Assembly (NCBI GenBank): GCA_002433895.1
Contig: DJJA01000005.1
Span: 3,883 to 67,882, forward strand
Reading direction: 5' to 3'
From: Candidatus Gottesmanbacteria bacterium UBA6580
GTDB taxonomy: Bacteria; Patescibacteriota; Microgenomatia; UBA10105; UBA927
DNA: 64,000 nucleotides
The position numbers and the translations under genes were made by a program. The notes under the pieces are model-generated. The model was not told the DNA's origin. It saw only the letters and a list, made by a program, of their open reading frames with translations, and ran no database searches. Each line of letters starts with the position of its first letter. Positions within the stretch are counted from its first letter, which is position 1. Shown piece by piece: positions 1 through 10,900 of this stretch.

Positions 1-69
1 GTGACATCATAAATACCTTGGGCTATAATGATGTTAGACAGTGGTTAGTGAAATGAAGGAGGAAACGTT

Positions 70-627
70 ATGAATCAAACATTGTGGTTAGTATTAGGTG
101 CTGTAGCATTGGTCGGTGTATATTTTTGGACACTCTATAACGGGTTAATCTCCCTCAAAACCCAAATCGAAGAGGCGTGGAGCCAAATTGATATCCAGCT
201 CAAGCGCCGTGCAGACCTTATTCCTAATTTGGTGACGACAGTGAAGGGTTATGCAAAGCACGAAAAATCCGTGTTTACGGAAGTAACCAAAGCAAGAAGC
301 GCACTGATGGGTGCCAAATCTTTGCATGCCAAGGCAGAAGCAAGTGATATGCTGACGGGAGCGCTCGGCAAACTTTTTGCTATAGCCGAAAACTATCCGC
401 AGCTTAAAGCGAACGAAAACTTCGTTCATCTCCAGAAGGAGCTTTCTGACACGGAAGATAAGGTGGCATATAGCCGGCAATATTACAATTCTGTCGTCAA
501 CGATTACAACATACGCATCCGGACCTTCCCGAATACGTTGTTTAATGAAATGTTGGGATTTGCCGAGAAAGAATTCTTCGCGGCAAATGAGGAAGAGCGC
601 AAAAGCGTCAAAGTATCATTTGAGTAA
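70..627 (+). CDS. lemA: LemA family protein
   Basis: N-terminal TM, WSQIDIQLKRRADLIPNLV and AENYPQLKAN motifs; upstream of htpX; AGGAGG RBS. Confidence 0.95.
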   Translation: MNQTLWLVLGAVALVGVYFWTLYNGLISLKTQIEEAWSQIDIQLKRRADLIPNLVTTVKGYAKHEKSVFTEVTKARSALMGAKSLHAKAEASDMLTGALGKLFAIAENYPQLKANENFVHLQKELSDTEDKVAYSRQYYNSVVNDYNIRIRTFPNTLFNEMLGFAEKEFFAANEEERKSVKVSFE

Positions 628-709
628 ACAGGCGATGGCGCAAAGTATCGGGGAGCCCACGAACGTTCGAGCGAGTTCCGGCGGGTGATGTCCTCATATC
701 CATAATACT

Positions 710-1606
710 ATGACTATTACTTCTGCTATACAGTCTAACGTGACCAAAACCTACGCGATCATGTCGTTCTTTGTGGTATTTGTGGTGTTGGTAGGGTATG
801 TGCTGGGGCACGCGTTGGGGTATGGTAATAGCTTCATGTGGTTTGCGGTGTTGTTTTCGGTAATATCGAGTTTTGTGAGTTATTATTGGGGAGATTCGCT
901 TATCCTCGCGTTATCACACGCCCGGCCTGCCGATAGGCACCGCGATTTTGATTTTTACACTGTGGCCGAAAATCTGGCGATAGCGGCAGGGCTTCCGAAG
1001 CCGCGGCTGTATGTTATCGAGGACACGGCACTCAATGCCTTTGCGACCGGAAGAGATCCTGAGCACGCGGTAATTGTCGCCACAACCGGTATCCTTCATA
1101 GCCTCGAGCGGCGGGAGCTCGAAGGGGTTATTGCCCACGAGCTATCCCATATCAAAAATTTTGATACCCGCCTCATGGCGGTCGTTGCTGTGCTTGTGGG
1201 GACGGTTGCGTATTTAGCGGATATTTTTCTCCGATCTCTCTGGTGGGGTGGGAGGAGGGACCGTGATGATGACCGCGGGTTAGGCGCGATTTTGTTGGTC
1301 GTGGGTATAGTACTTGCGATTATCTCGCCGATTATCGCTAAACTTATACAGCTTGCCGCAAGCCGCAACCGCGAATATCTCGCTGACGCGACAGGCGCCA
1401 AGCTTACCCGGTATCCCGAAGGGCTTGCCCGCGCGTTGGAAAAATTAGGAAAAGACAAGGAGGTGTTGGAAGCTGCCACTAACGCGACCGCGCATCTTTA
1501 TATTACCAATCCTTTTAAGGGGAAAAATTTCGGCGCGTGGTTTGCGAACGCGTTTAATACCCATCCTCCGATCGCTGACCGCATCAAGCGGCTTCGCGCA
1601 ATGTAG
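710..1606 (+). CDS. htpX: Zinc metalloprotease HtpX (M48)
   Basis: NAFATG, HELSH, REYLAD, THPP motifs. Confidence 0.95.
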   Translation: MTITSAIQSNVTKTYAIMSFFVVFVVLVGYVLGHALGYGNSFMWFAVLFSVISSFVSYYWGDSLILALSHARPADRHRDFDFYTVAENLAIAAGLPKPRLYVIEDTALNAFATGRDPEHAVIVATTGILHSLERRELEGVIAHELSHIKNFDTRLMAVVAVLVGTVAYLADIFLRSLWWGGRRDRDDDRGLGAILLVVGIVLAIISPIIAKLIQLAASRNREYLADATGAKLTRYPEGLARALEKLGKDKEVLEAATNATAHLYITNPFKGKNFGAWFANAFNTHPPIADRIKRLRAM

Positions 1607-1653
1607 GCTGTGTTTGCCTTGATAGGCGCATATGAGCGATAATACATGGTGTT

Positions 1654-2949
1654 ATGGCTTGGTTTGATCGCCTCACTGTTATATTTGCCAAAAGTATCTC
1701 CGTAATCAGCACCTCGTTGGGGCTAGGTGCGGGAGAGACATGGCCGGGGGAAATAGCCGTATCTATCCGGCCTGATATCGCCCGGTTTCTTTCGGGGAAA
1801 CTTTCTGACGGCACAATTCTCGTAGCCGGCACCAACGGGAAAACGACGACGTCACTCATGATTAAAACCATACTTGAGCATATCGGCGACTCCGTGGTGC
1901 ACAACGCCACCGGCGCGAATTTATTAAACGGCATTGTCTCATCATTTATCCGAAACACTGACTGGTTGGGCAGGGTGACCGCGGATATGGGTATATTTGA
2001 AGTAGACGAAAACTCGCTGCCGGTAGTGCTCAAATATATTACCCCCAAGCGCCTTGTGCTTCTTAACCTTTTCCGGGATCAGCTGGATAGGTACGGTGAA
2101 GTAGACGTGATTGTCGAAAAATGGATGACGGCGCTTGCTAAGCTTCCCAAAACAACCGAAGTAATTCTCAATAGCGACGACCCAGGCATTGCGGGCTTAG
2201 GGCGCGTTATAAAAGGGAAAGTGACTTATTTCGGGCTCAATGACCCGGGTAAATATTTAGGAGTACGCGAGCACGCGACTGATTCTATTTTTTGTTTCCG
2301 GTGCGGACACCGTTTGACCTATGATGGTATTTATTATTCTCATATCGGGTCATGGCGCTGCACGAAATGCGGCAATACGCGTCCCGTACCCACGGTTACC
2401 CGGGGACCAAGTCCATTGCCGGGCTTATACAACCAGTACAACGCGCTTGCGGCGGTTGGTGTCGCGACGTCTTTGGATATACCGGACAAAGAGGTTAAAA
2501 AGGCGCTGCGTGGATTTGCACCAGCATTCGGCAGGCAGGAAGAAATACGGGTAGGTAAAAAAACGGTAAAACTGTTCCTCTCCAAAAATCCGGCCGGGTT
2601 TAATGCTTCGCTTAAGACGGTATTGGAGATGGGAGCCAAAGATATCCTCCTCGTATTAAATGATCGCATTCCCGACGGCCGGGATGTGAGCTGGATTTGG
2701 GATGTTGATTTTGAAATGATACCTCCTTCCGTCACAGTTGGGGTGAGTGGTGACCGCCGGTATGATATGGCGATACGCATAAAATACGCTGATATTGATA
2801 TTCCTTCATCGCGTGTGTATCAGCAATTGGAGGACGCGATAGTGAAGTCACTCAAAAAACCGCTCAAAGGAAATGCTCTATATATTCTCGCCACGTATTC
2901 CGGCATGCTGGAAGTCCGAAAAATTCTCAAAGGCAGAAAAATACTATGA
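1654..2949 (+). CDS. murT: Lipid II isoglutaminyl synthase subunit MurT
   Basis: GTNGKTTT, NLFRDQLDRYGE, Cys4 Zn finger, DGRDVSWIWD; overlaps gatD start. Confidence 0.92.
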   Translation: MAWFDRLTVIFAKSISVISTSLGLGAGETWPGEIAVSIRPDIARFLSGKLSDGTILVAGTNGKTTTSLMIKTILEHIGDSVVHNATGANLLNGIVSSFIRNTDWLGRVTADMGIFEVDENSLPVVLKYITPKRLVLLNLFRDQLDRYGEVDVIVEKWMTALAKLPKTTEVILNSDDPGIAGLGRVIKGKVTYFGLNDPGKYLGVREHATDSIFCFRCGHRLTYDGIYYSHIGSWRCTKCGNTRPVPTVTRGPSPLPGLYNQYNALAAVGVATSLDIPDKEVKKALRGFAPAFGRQEEIRVGKKTVKLFLSKNPAGFNASLKTVLEMGAKDILLVLNDRIPDGRDVSWIWDVDFEMIPPSVTVGVSGDRRYDMAIRIKYADIDIPSSRVYQQLEDAIVKSLKKPLKGNALYILATYSGMLEVRKILKGRKIL

Positions 2950-3668
2950 AACAATCAATCAAAATCGCGTGGTTGTACCCTGATCTTATGAGCACGTATG
3001 GTGATCGCGGGAATGTCATTGCGCTGCAAAAGCGGGCGGCGTGGCGGGGTATTGAAGCCAGTGTGGTTCCTGTGACGCTGGAAACGAATGTGAAAGCGCT
3101 CGCGGGAAGCGACATTTTTTTTATGGGGGGCGCGCAAGATCGGCAGCAAAAATTGGCAGGGGAAGATTTTTTGAAGCACAAAGGTCCGGTGGTAAAAGAG
3201 ATGATCGAGGCAGGTGTGCCAGCGTTGTTTGTGTGTGCCGCGTATCAATTTGCCGGCCATTATTACAAGCCATACCGGGGAGAAAAAATTCCCGGCGCCG
3301 GCATTTTTGACTTGTATACGGTGCATCCGGGCGATCAGGCGAAGCGGCTTATCGGTAATGTTGTCGCGCGCGTGGTACACCCGGAAACACTTTCAGGTAC
3401 GGTAATCGTGGGCTTTGAAAATCATGGAGGACGGACGCATTTGGGTCCTAAGATGCAGCCGCTCGCAAAAGTTATCAAGGGTAATGGGAATAATGGCGAT
3501 GACGGATGGGAAGGAGCGGTGTATAAAAACGCGATAGGGAGTTATTTTCATGGTCCGTTGCTCCCCAAAAATCCGATGATAGCTGACTGGTTATTGGCAA
3601 AAGCAGTTGGCACGCTTATCCCAATTGATGACACCCTGGAGGTAATGGCAAATAACGCAATGAGGTGA
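2946..3668 (+). CDS. gatD: Lipid II isoglutaminyl synthase glutaminase subunit GatD (CobQ-like)
   Basis: YGDRGN, VCAAYQ, GFENHGG, HGPLLPKN. Confidence 0.92.
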   Translation: MKQSIKIAWLYPDLMSTYGDRGNVIALQKRAAWRGIEASVVPVTLETNVKALAGSDIFFMGGAQDRQQKLAGEDFLKHKGPVVKEMIEAGVPALFVCAAYQFAGHYYKPYRGEKIPGAGIFDLYTVHPGDQAKRLIGNVVARVVHPETLSGTVIVGFENHGGRTHLGPKMQPLAKVIKGNGNNGDDGWEGAVYKNAIGSYFHGPLLPKNPMIADWLLAKAVGTLIPIDDTLEVMANNAMR

Positions 3669-3672
3669 TGTT

Positions 3673-4275
3673 ATGAAAAAACCCGTACGGTTTATTTACT
3701 TTGATGTTGGTGGTGTATTCCTGGATTGGAAGGAGGGCCACCGGAGAGCCGCGAAAAAATACAACGTGACCGCCGAAGAAATCGGAAAAATAACGCAGGC
3801 AAACATGCAGGCGGCGTTTGTCGGTTCACTCAGCGGCACTGACTACATGGCGAGATTTGCACAACTCCTGAAACTTACGGAACCATACCCGGATTTCGCG
3901 GAATTCTGGACGGATTTTCATGTCCCGATACCGGAAATGCACGCGTTTGCGCGATCGCTGCATCCGACGCATAAGCTGGGACTGTTGACGAACGCCGAAA
4001 CGGGTTCGATGCGCCAGGCGGTCAAAAAAGGGTTAGTGCCGGATGTCGCGTGGAAAGCCGTCGTTGATTCCTCGGTTTTTAAGGCTAAAAAACCCGATCC
4101 CGGGATTTTTGAAATTGCAGAAAAAGAAGCAGGGGTGGCACCACACGAAATCCTTTTCGTGGATGATCAGCCAGAAAATATCGAAGCAGTACATGCCCGC
4201 GGATGGCAAGGTATTGTGTTTGATACGGGAAACGTCACCGTTTCCATCGAAGCGATCAAAGTCGCGTTGAAATAA
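3673..4275 (+). CDS. HAD-superfamily hydrolase (YihX-like)
   Basis: FDVGGV, KKPDP, FVDD motifs. Confidence 0.85.
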   Translation: MKKPVRFIYFDVGGVFLDWKEGHRRAAKKYNVTAEEIGKITQANMQAAFVGSLSGTDYMARFAQLLKLTEPYPDFAEFWTDFHVPIPEMHAFARSLHPTHKLGLLTNAETGSMRQAVKKGLVPDVAWKAVVDSSVFKAKKPDPGIFEIAEKEAGVAPHEILFVDDQPENIEAVHARGWQGIVFDTGNVTVSIEAIKVALK

Positions 4276-4286
4276 CCGGTTAGCTT

Positions 4287-4310
4287 GAGCCCACTCCCGA
4301 TGTGGGCTTG
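4287..4310. terminator. Hairpin between convergent genes
   Basis: GAGCCCAC-7nt-GTGGGCTT. Confidence 0.4.
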
Positions 4311-4319
4311 GGGGCGGGT

Positions 4320-4631
4320 TTATTCGACGCCGATAAACATGATCTTGGGGTATATTTTTTTGATTTCTTCCATAAATTTTTCGGAAAGGTTCATGCTGAA
4401 TTTACTGTATTGTCCTGCTCCCATTTTGGCGCAGAGTTTGCGTTCGTAGTCCCGGATGACATCCATGACCGTGCTGCCGATCGTGTTGTATTTTGACTGA
4501 TTTGCCGCGGGGTTTAACACATACGCGTCGTGGATCGGTTTGAATTCTTCAAATAGTTCCCTGTTCTCATCAAGCATTTGTTGCACTGCGGCACGGTATT
4601 TGGTCATATCGGGTAGTGAAATTTCGACCAT
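4320..4631 (-). CDS. Hypothetical protein
   Basis: 103-aa ORF with protein-like composition filling the gap between the HAD gene and gatC. Confidence 0.7.
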   Translation of the reverse strand: MVEISLPDMTKYRAAVQQMLDENRELFEEFKPIHDAYVLNPAANQSKYNTIGSTVMDVIRDYERKLCAKMGAGQYSKFSMNLSEKFMEEIKKIYPKIMFIGVE

Positions 4632-4827
4632 TGCGTTTTACGCTGGCGAAAGTTCGGAATCCTTTCCTTTTGATCGTCTATATATGTCAGGGAAGTCTAG
4701 TCGACGCGCTATGAAACGGAAGCGTGTCGAAATTCTACAACCCGACATACGTACTACTCTAACAGGACTAAACCATTAGCTTCAAGTGTCTACTTCACGT
4801 GAGACAAATTTCCGCTATAATGGCTCC

Positions 4828-5169
4828 ATGAACGCTTCTCAGCCGAACCCCCAACCCAAAGATGCAAAAACCGTGGTGACGAGAGCAGATATAGACCATA
4901 TCGCCACGCTTGCGAATTTGCCGATTTCCGACGGACAATCTGAGGAATTGACCAAGCAGGTCGGCGGTACCGTAGCGTATGTATCACAACTTCAGTCATT
5001 GCCGACGGATGACGTGACAGAAACGTCACAGGTGACGGGGCTGGAAAACGTATTCCGTGAAGACGAAATAGACACCTCCCGCATGTTTACCCAGGAGGAA
5101 GCCCTTGCTAATGCAAAAAATACATACAATGGTTTCTTTGTGGTCGGACGGGTCTTAGAGGAAAAATAA
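4828..5169 (+). CDS. gatC: Asp/Glu-tRNA amidotransferase subunit C
   Basis: HIATLANL...NVFRED; precedes gatA; ATG 4828 just after a TATAAT box. Confidence 0.9.
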   Translation: MNASQPNPQPKDAKTVVTRADIDHIATLANLPISDGQSEELTKQVGGTVAYVSQLQSLPTDDVTETSQVTGLENVFREDEIDTSRMFTQEEALANAKNTYNGFFVVGRVLEEK

Positions 5170-5172
5170 ATT

Positions 5173-6591
5173 ATGTTAGCCGATCTTCCTATCAGTGTGT
5201 TGGCACAAAAACTGAAGCGCTCGGAAATAACGAGTGAACAGTTGGTGGCGGAATGTTACGACCGGATTGAAGCATATGACGGAACCATCAATTCCTTTAT
5301 TACGGTTGTCGATCGAAAAAAAGCAATTGAACGCGCTAAGTTTATAGACGCGCACCGTGAGACATTTCCGTCTCCGCTTGCGGGTATTCCCTACGTCATG
5401 AAAGATGCGTATCTTACCAAAGGGGTGCGCACGACCGCCGCCTCCAAAATTTTGGATGCGTTTATTGCTCCGTACAGCTCGACCGTTCATCAAAAACTAG
5501 AAAATGTGGGAGCGATCCTTATCGGTAAAATGAACATGGACGCATGGGGGCACGGCGCGAGTACTGAAAACACCGATTACGGCGTCACAAAAAACCCCTG
5601 GGGTAGCGACCGTTCAGCAGGCGGCAGCGGTGGCGGGCCGGCAGCAGCAATAGCAAGTAGATTTTGTGTATTTGGTATCGGTGAAGATACGGGTGGATCC
5701 ATCCGCAATCCCGCCGCATGGAACAACATCACCGCGATGAAGGTGACATACGGTCGTGTTTCCCGATACGGCGCGATTGCCTATGCATCAAGCCTGGACA
5801 CCATGGGGCCTACCGCGAAAACAGCCGAGGATTGCGCATTTGTTTTGGAAGCTATTGCAGGGTATGACGCGTACGATGCCACGAGTTCCCAAAAACCTGT
5901 TCCTTCCTATACAAAAGCATTGGACAAAAGCATCAAAGGAAAGAAAATCGCGTTTCCTACGGAATTTTATGGGGATGCACTTGATCCGAATATTAAAGAA
6001 GCTATTCTGGTTGCCCGTGATATTTTTGTGAAAGAAGGTGCTGAGGTGACTGATGTATCGCTGCCACTTCTGGAATACGGCGTTCCGGTCTACTATATTC
6101 TCGCGCCGAGCGAGACCAGTTCTAATTTGGGCCGATACGATGGGGTACGGTATGGCAACGGTAGGGATTTATTCACCAAAGAAAACATGCGCCGTATTAT
6201 GACCGGCACCTATGCATTATCAAGTGGATACTACGATGCGTATTACAAAAAAGCACAGAAAGTGCGGTCGTTATTTATCAAAGAATACGAAAAATTACTC
6301 TCCGAATATGACGCCATCCTTTCTCCTGTCACCCCGATTATGCCATCGAAGTTTGGCGAGCTGCTCGATGATCCGATTAAAAACATGATGGCGGATTTAT
6401 ACACGGTCATCGTAAACATTGTGGGGTTGCCCTCACTTGCTATCCCGTGCGGGTTTACGAAGGACAATCTTCCCATGGGGATGCAGCTCGTTGGCGCGAT
6501 GTTTGATGAAAGCACATTGTTTGCATTGGGGAATGCGTATCAAAAAGTGACCGACTGGCACACGCGCTCGCCAAATTTAGTAAATAGTTAA
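5173..6591 (+). CDS. gatA: Asp/Glu-tRNA amidotransferase subunit A
   Basis: Amidase signature GGSGGG, DTGGSIRNPA, YDGVRYG. Confidence 0.96.
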   Translation: MLADLPISVLAQKLKRSEITSEQLVAECYDRIEAYDGTINSFITVVDRKKAIERAKFIDAHRETFPSPLAGIPYVMKDAYLTKGVRTTAASKILDAFIAPYSSTVHQKLENVGAILIGKMNMDAWGHGASTENTDYGVTKNPWGSDRSAGGSGGGPAAAIASRFCVFGIGEDTGGSIRNPAAWNNITAMKVTYGRVSRYGAIAYASSLDTMGPTAKTAEDCAFVLEAIAGYDAYDATSSQKPVPSYTKALDKSIKGKKIAFPTEFYGDALDPNIKEAILVARDIFVKEGAEVTDVSLPLLEYGVPVYYILAPSETSSNLGRYDGVRYGNGRDLFTKENMRRIMTGTYALSSGYYDAYYKKAQKVRSLFIKEYEKLLSEYDAILSPVTPIMPSKFGELLDDPIKNMMADLYTVIVNIVGLPSLAIPCGFTKDNLPMGMQLVGAMFDESTLFALGNAYQKVTDWHTRSPNLVNS

Positions 6592-6606
6592 CAGTTAATA
6601 GTTAAT
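6579..6606 (+). repeat. Four-copy heptamer tandem repeat (AGTWAAY)
   Basis: AGTAAAT AGTTAAC AGTTAAT AGTTAAT across the gatA stop. Confidence 0.75.
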
Positions 6607-6609
6607 GGT

Positions 6610-7932
6610 ATGAAATACGAACCTGTCATCGGGTTAGAAATACATGTAGAGCTTAAAACCAAAAGCGGCATGTTTTGTGGTTGTCCCGCGGATCACTTTG
6701 CCAAAAAGCCGAATACCGGCACGTGTCCAGTATGTTTGGGCCTTCCGGGAGCACTCCCTACGCCGAATAAAAAAGCCGTTGAGTGGACGATTATGCTGGG
6801 GTTAGCGCTGGGCAGCGAGATAGCCGAAGTATCCAAGTTTGACCGCAAACATTATTTTTACCCCGATCTTCCGAAAGGCTATCAAATTTCCCAATACGAT
6901 CAGCCACTCTGCCGCGGAGGAAAGATTTCTACTTCGTTTGGCGACGTGCGGATTCATCGTGTGCATTTGGAAGAAGATACGGGTAAGTTGCAGCATGCGG
7001 TGGTGGACGGGAAAAAGGTGACGCTCGTCGATTTTAACCGGTCGGGCGTTCCGCTTGTGGAAATCGTTACGGAAGCGGATATTCATAGCTCAGAACAAGC
7101 CAAGGAATTTCTTAAAAAATTGCATCAGATCGTGCGGTACTTAGGGATATCTGACGCGGATATGGAGAAAGGCTCTATGCGCCTTGAGCCAAATATTTCC
7201 ATCCGGAAAGTCGGTGAAACGGGCATGCCGCCCTATAAGGTGGAAGTGAAAAACATTAACTCATTCCGATTTGCTGCCGCGGCCATAGAATACGAGCTCA
7301 AGCGTCACGAAGCACTGCTCAATGAAGGAAAGATTCCGGTACAGGAAACACGCGGCTGGGACGAAGCAAAAAACGGCACGGTTTCTCAGCGCAGTAAGGA
7401 AGAGGCGGCTGATTACCGATATTTCCCGGAGCCGGACATTCCACCCATGCGTTTTACGAAAGACGTTATCGCGTCTATTGGCAGCAACATTCCCGAACTT
7501 CCTGATGTGAAAAAAACGCGGTTTATGAGCGCCTATGCGTTAAACGATGCGGTTGCCAGCCAGCTTACCGACACCCGTGCGTTGGCGGATTATTTTGAAG
7601 AAGCGGTAAAGGCGGCGTCCGTATTCGAAAAGCCCTACTCACCTAAAGAAGTCGCTAATTGGCTCATCAATAAAAAACCGGACATAGAAAAGGTTCTGCC
7701 CGCCCAACTTATAGAAGAACTGCACGAAGCCAAAAAAGTGGTCGCTGTTTCAGCCGACGAATTGAACGCGATTATTACCCCCGTGCTGTCTTCTAACGAA
7801 AAAGCAGTCGCGGATTATAAAGCGGGCAAACAACAGGTCATTATGTTCCTTATGGGTCTTGTGCGCAAACAACTTCCAAAAGCCGATACCAAGATTATTT
7901 TAGAAGCGCTCAAAGGTGCGTTGGAATCATAA
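6610..7932 (+). CDS. gatB: Asp/Glu-tRNA amidotransferase subunit B
   Basis: IGLEIHVEL, YFYPDLPKGYQISQ, DYRYFPEPD. Confidence 0.97.
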   Translation: MKYEPVIGLEIHVELKTKSGMFCGCPADHFAKKPNTGTCPVCLGLPGALPTPNKKAVEWTIMLGLALGSEIAEVSKFDRKHYFYPDLPKGYQISQYDQPLCRGGKISTSFGDVRIHRVHLEEDTGKLQHAVVDGKKVTLVDFNRSGVPLVEIVTEADIHSSEQAKEFLKKLHQIVRYLGISDADMEKGSMRLEPNISIRKVGETGMPPYKVEVKNINSFRFAAAAIEYELKRHEALLNEGKIPVQETRGWDEAKNGTVSQRSKEEAADYRYFPEPDIPPMRFTKDVIASIGSNIPELPDVKKTRFMSAYALNDAVASQLTDTRALADYFEEAVKAASVFEKPYSPKEVANWLINKKPDIEKVLPAQLIEELHEAKKVVAVSADELNAIITPVLSSNEKAVADYKAGKQQVIMFLMGLVRKQLPKADTKIILEALKGALES

Positions 7933-7936
7933 CGAA

Positions 7937-10900
7937 ATGGCAAATTTTGTCCACTTACATGTCCACAGTGAATTTTCCCTTCTCGACGGGCTTGGGAAAC
8001 TGGATCAATTAATAAACCGCACCAAAGAGCTCGGGATGGACACACTCGCCATCACCGACCATGGCGCGATGTATGGGAGCTTCAAGTTTTATCTCAAGGC
8101 CAAAGCCGCGGGTATTAAGCCCATTATTGGCGTGGAGACATACGTCGCCCGCAGAAGCCGTTTCGACAAAGAGGGAAAAATAGATACCGATCCATATCAC
8201 TTAGTGTTGCTTGCCAAAAACGAAGTAGGATACCGCAACTTACTCAAGCTTGTTACCCAGGCGCATTTGGAAGGATATTATTACAAACCACGCATTGACT
8301 GGGATTTGCTCAAGGATCACCATGAGGGGCTTATTGCGTTTTCATCGTGTTTGGCGGGGCAGGTACCGCAGCTTTTGATGCAGGATAAGCTCAAGGAGGC
8401 AGAGGAAGTCGCGAGTAAATACGCGGAACTATTTGGGCCCGATCACTACTACATAGAGTTGCAGAAGCACCCCAATATCCCCGAAATTGAGGAAACGAAT
8501 AAAAAACTCGTCGCTTTGTCGCGGAAACTCGGCCTTCCCTTGGTCGCGACCAATGACGTGCATTATGTAAATGCCGATGATGCCGAAGCTCAGGAAATTC
8601 TTCTCTGTGTGCAGACGCAGCGCACCATAGTCGAAAAAAACCGTCCGCTTTCCATGATGAGCTCGCCGGATTTTTATCTCCGGAGCCCGGAAGAAATGAC
8701 CGAACTTTTTATGCAGTATCCCGAAGCCATAGAAAATACGGTAAAAATCGCCGCCATGTGCGACATTACGCTTTCGGTGGGGAAGTGGATTTTGCCTAAA
8801 TTCCCGGTGCCCAACGATGATAAGCCGGAAGTGTATCTGCGGGCGCTTGTCGAGGAGCGGTTGCCAAACCGTTACAAAAACGTCACGGACGAGATTAAAG
8901 AGCGTATCAATTATGAGTTGGATATTATTACCAAAAAAGGCTATGCCACCTATTTCCTGATCGTTTCTGACTTTGTGAATTGGGCAAAAAGCCAAAAAAT
9001 CGGCGTGGGACCGGGGAGAGGTTCAGCAGCTGGGTCAGTTGTTTCCTATATTTTGGGTATTACCGGTATCGACCCGTTGTTTTTCCATTTGCCGTTTGAA
9101 CGTTTCCTAAACCCGATGCGGCCGAGCCCTCCGGATATTGATTTGGATTTTGCCGATGACCGCAGGGATGAAGTCATCGCCTATGTGACCCAGCGGTACG
9201 GTGACGACAAAGTGGCGCAGATTATCACCTTCGGCACCATGGAGGCGCGCGGAGCAGTACGGGACGCGGGGCGCGCGTTGGGTATGCCCTACGCCCAACC
9301 CGACCGGATATCCAAAATGATCCCTCCCGGTGCACAGGGAGCAGGTATGACGATAGATAGGGCTATTGAGATTTCCCCGGAGCTATCCGCCGCTTACCGT
9401 GCTGAACCAGAGACAAAGCGGCTACTGGATGTTGCCCGAAAGCTTGAGGGAGTGGCACGCCATGCGTCAGTGCATGCGGCGGGCGTGGTGATTGCAGATA
9501 AGCCGCTTGTGGAATACACCCCGCTGCAGCGCGAAAGCAAGGGTGATCGGGTCGTTACCCAATACGACATGTATACGGTGGGTGAAGACGGGGTGGGACT
9601 TTTAAAGATGGACTTTTTGGGACTGCGGAACTTAACTATCATGGCGGCCGCCCTAAAGTTTTTGGAGCAGACAAAAAACTTAGCTATCGATTTGTATTCC
9701 CTGCCGCTGACGGATAAAAAGACATTTGAAATGCTGGCAATCGGGGAGACCACCGGAGTATTTCAGCTTGAGTCTGCGGGCATGCGTCGCTACATAAAAG
9801 AACTCAAACCCACGACTATCTACGATCTCATGGCCATGGTCGCGCTGTTCCGGCCGGGGCCTATGCAGGTGATCCCGCAATACATCGCCCGGAAAAATAA
9901 TCCCAAGAGTATTACCTATCCTGATCCGCGGCTTGCTGACGTCCTCAAGCAATCATACGGACTTATTTGTTATCAGGACGATGTATTGCTTACGGCTATT
10001 ACACTCGCGGGCTACTCATGGGGCGACGCGGACAAACTCCGGAAAGCAGTCGGTAAAAAAATTCCGTCAGAGATGAAAAAGCAGCAGGAGAAGTTTATCC
10101 AGGGATGTGTGAAAAATGGCATGACGCAGTCAAAAGCCGAGGAGGTTTTCCACCTCATCGAGCCGTTCGCGGGTTATGGATTTAATAAAGCGCACGCGGC
10201 GTGTTATGCCGTTATCGCGTATCAGACCGCGTATCTTAAGGCAAATTATCCCGTCGAGTATATGACCGCGGTGTTGACCGCCGAGTCCCGGGCAAACACC
10301 GGCGATACCAGGGATGAAAAAATTGCCATGATTGTTGCCGAGTGTAAACGGACGGGCATTACGCTGCTCCCTCCAGACATTAACAAGTCTGATATAGAAT
10401 TTAGTATTGAAGACGGAAAGGTGCGGTTCGGGCTCTCGGCTATCAAAAATGTCGGGGAAGCAGCGATTGAAAGTATTTTGAAAACCCGTGTGAGCGACGG
10501 AGTCTTTACGTCATTTACCGATTTCCTCCGCCGTGTCGATGTGTCCAAGGTAAACAAAAAAACATTGGAAAGTCTTATCCGTACCGGGGCTATGGATGCG
10601 TTTGGTTCCCGGGCAGCAATACTGAGTACGCTTGAGACAAAGCTTGCGCAGGTGCACAAAGACCGGAAAGCCGCATCGCTCGGACAGACCGGTTTATTTG
10701 ATGTCGGCGACCCCAAAGAAGCCGCGCATCATGATCATCTCCCCAACATACCCGAGCTCACCAGCCAGGAGCTATTGGCGTTTGAAAAGCAGTTACTCGG
10801 GTTTTACCTGACGGCGCATCCTCTCGAAAAGGTGATGGAGCGGTTCAGTACTATGGACTCGGTTACACCCATTGCCCAGGTTACGGAAGAGCGTGTCGGC

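Noticed and set aside
628-709. lemA-htpX spacer resembling a fluoride (GGCGATGG...TGATG.CCT) or c-di-GMP-I (CGCAAAG) riboswitch
   Set aside because: The required pairing partners (TCGCC; GGCAAA/GAAA stem) are missing and the gene context does not fit; needs an Infernal search.
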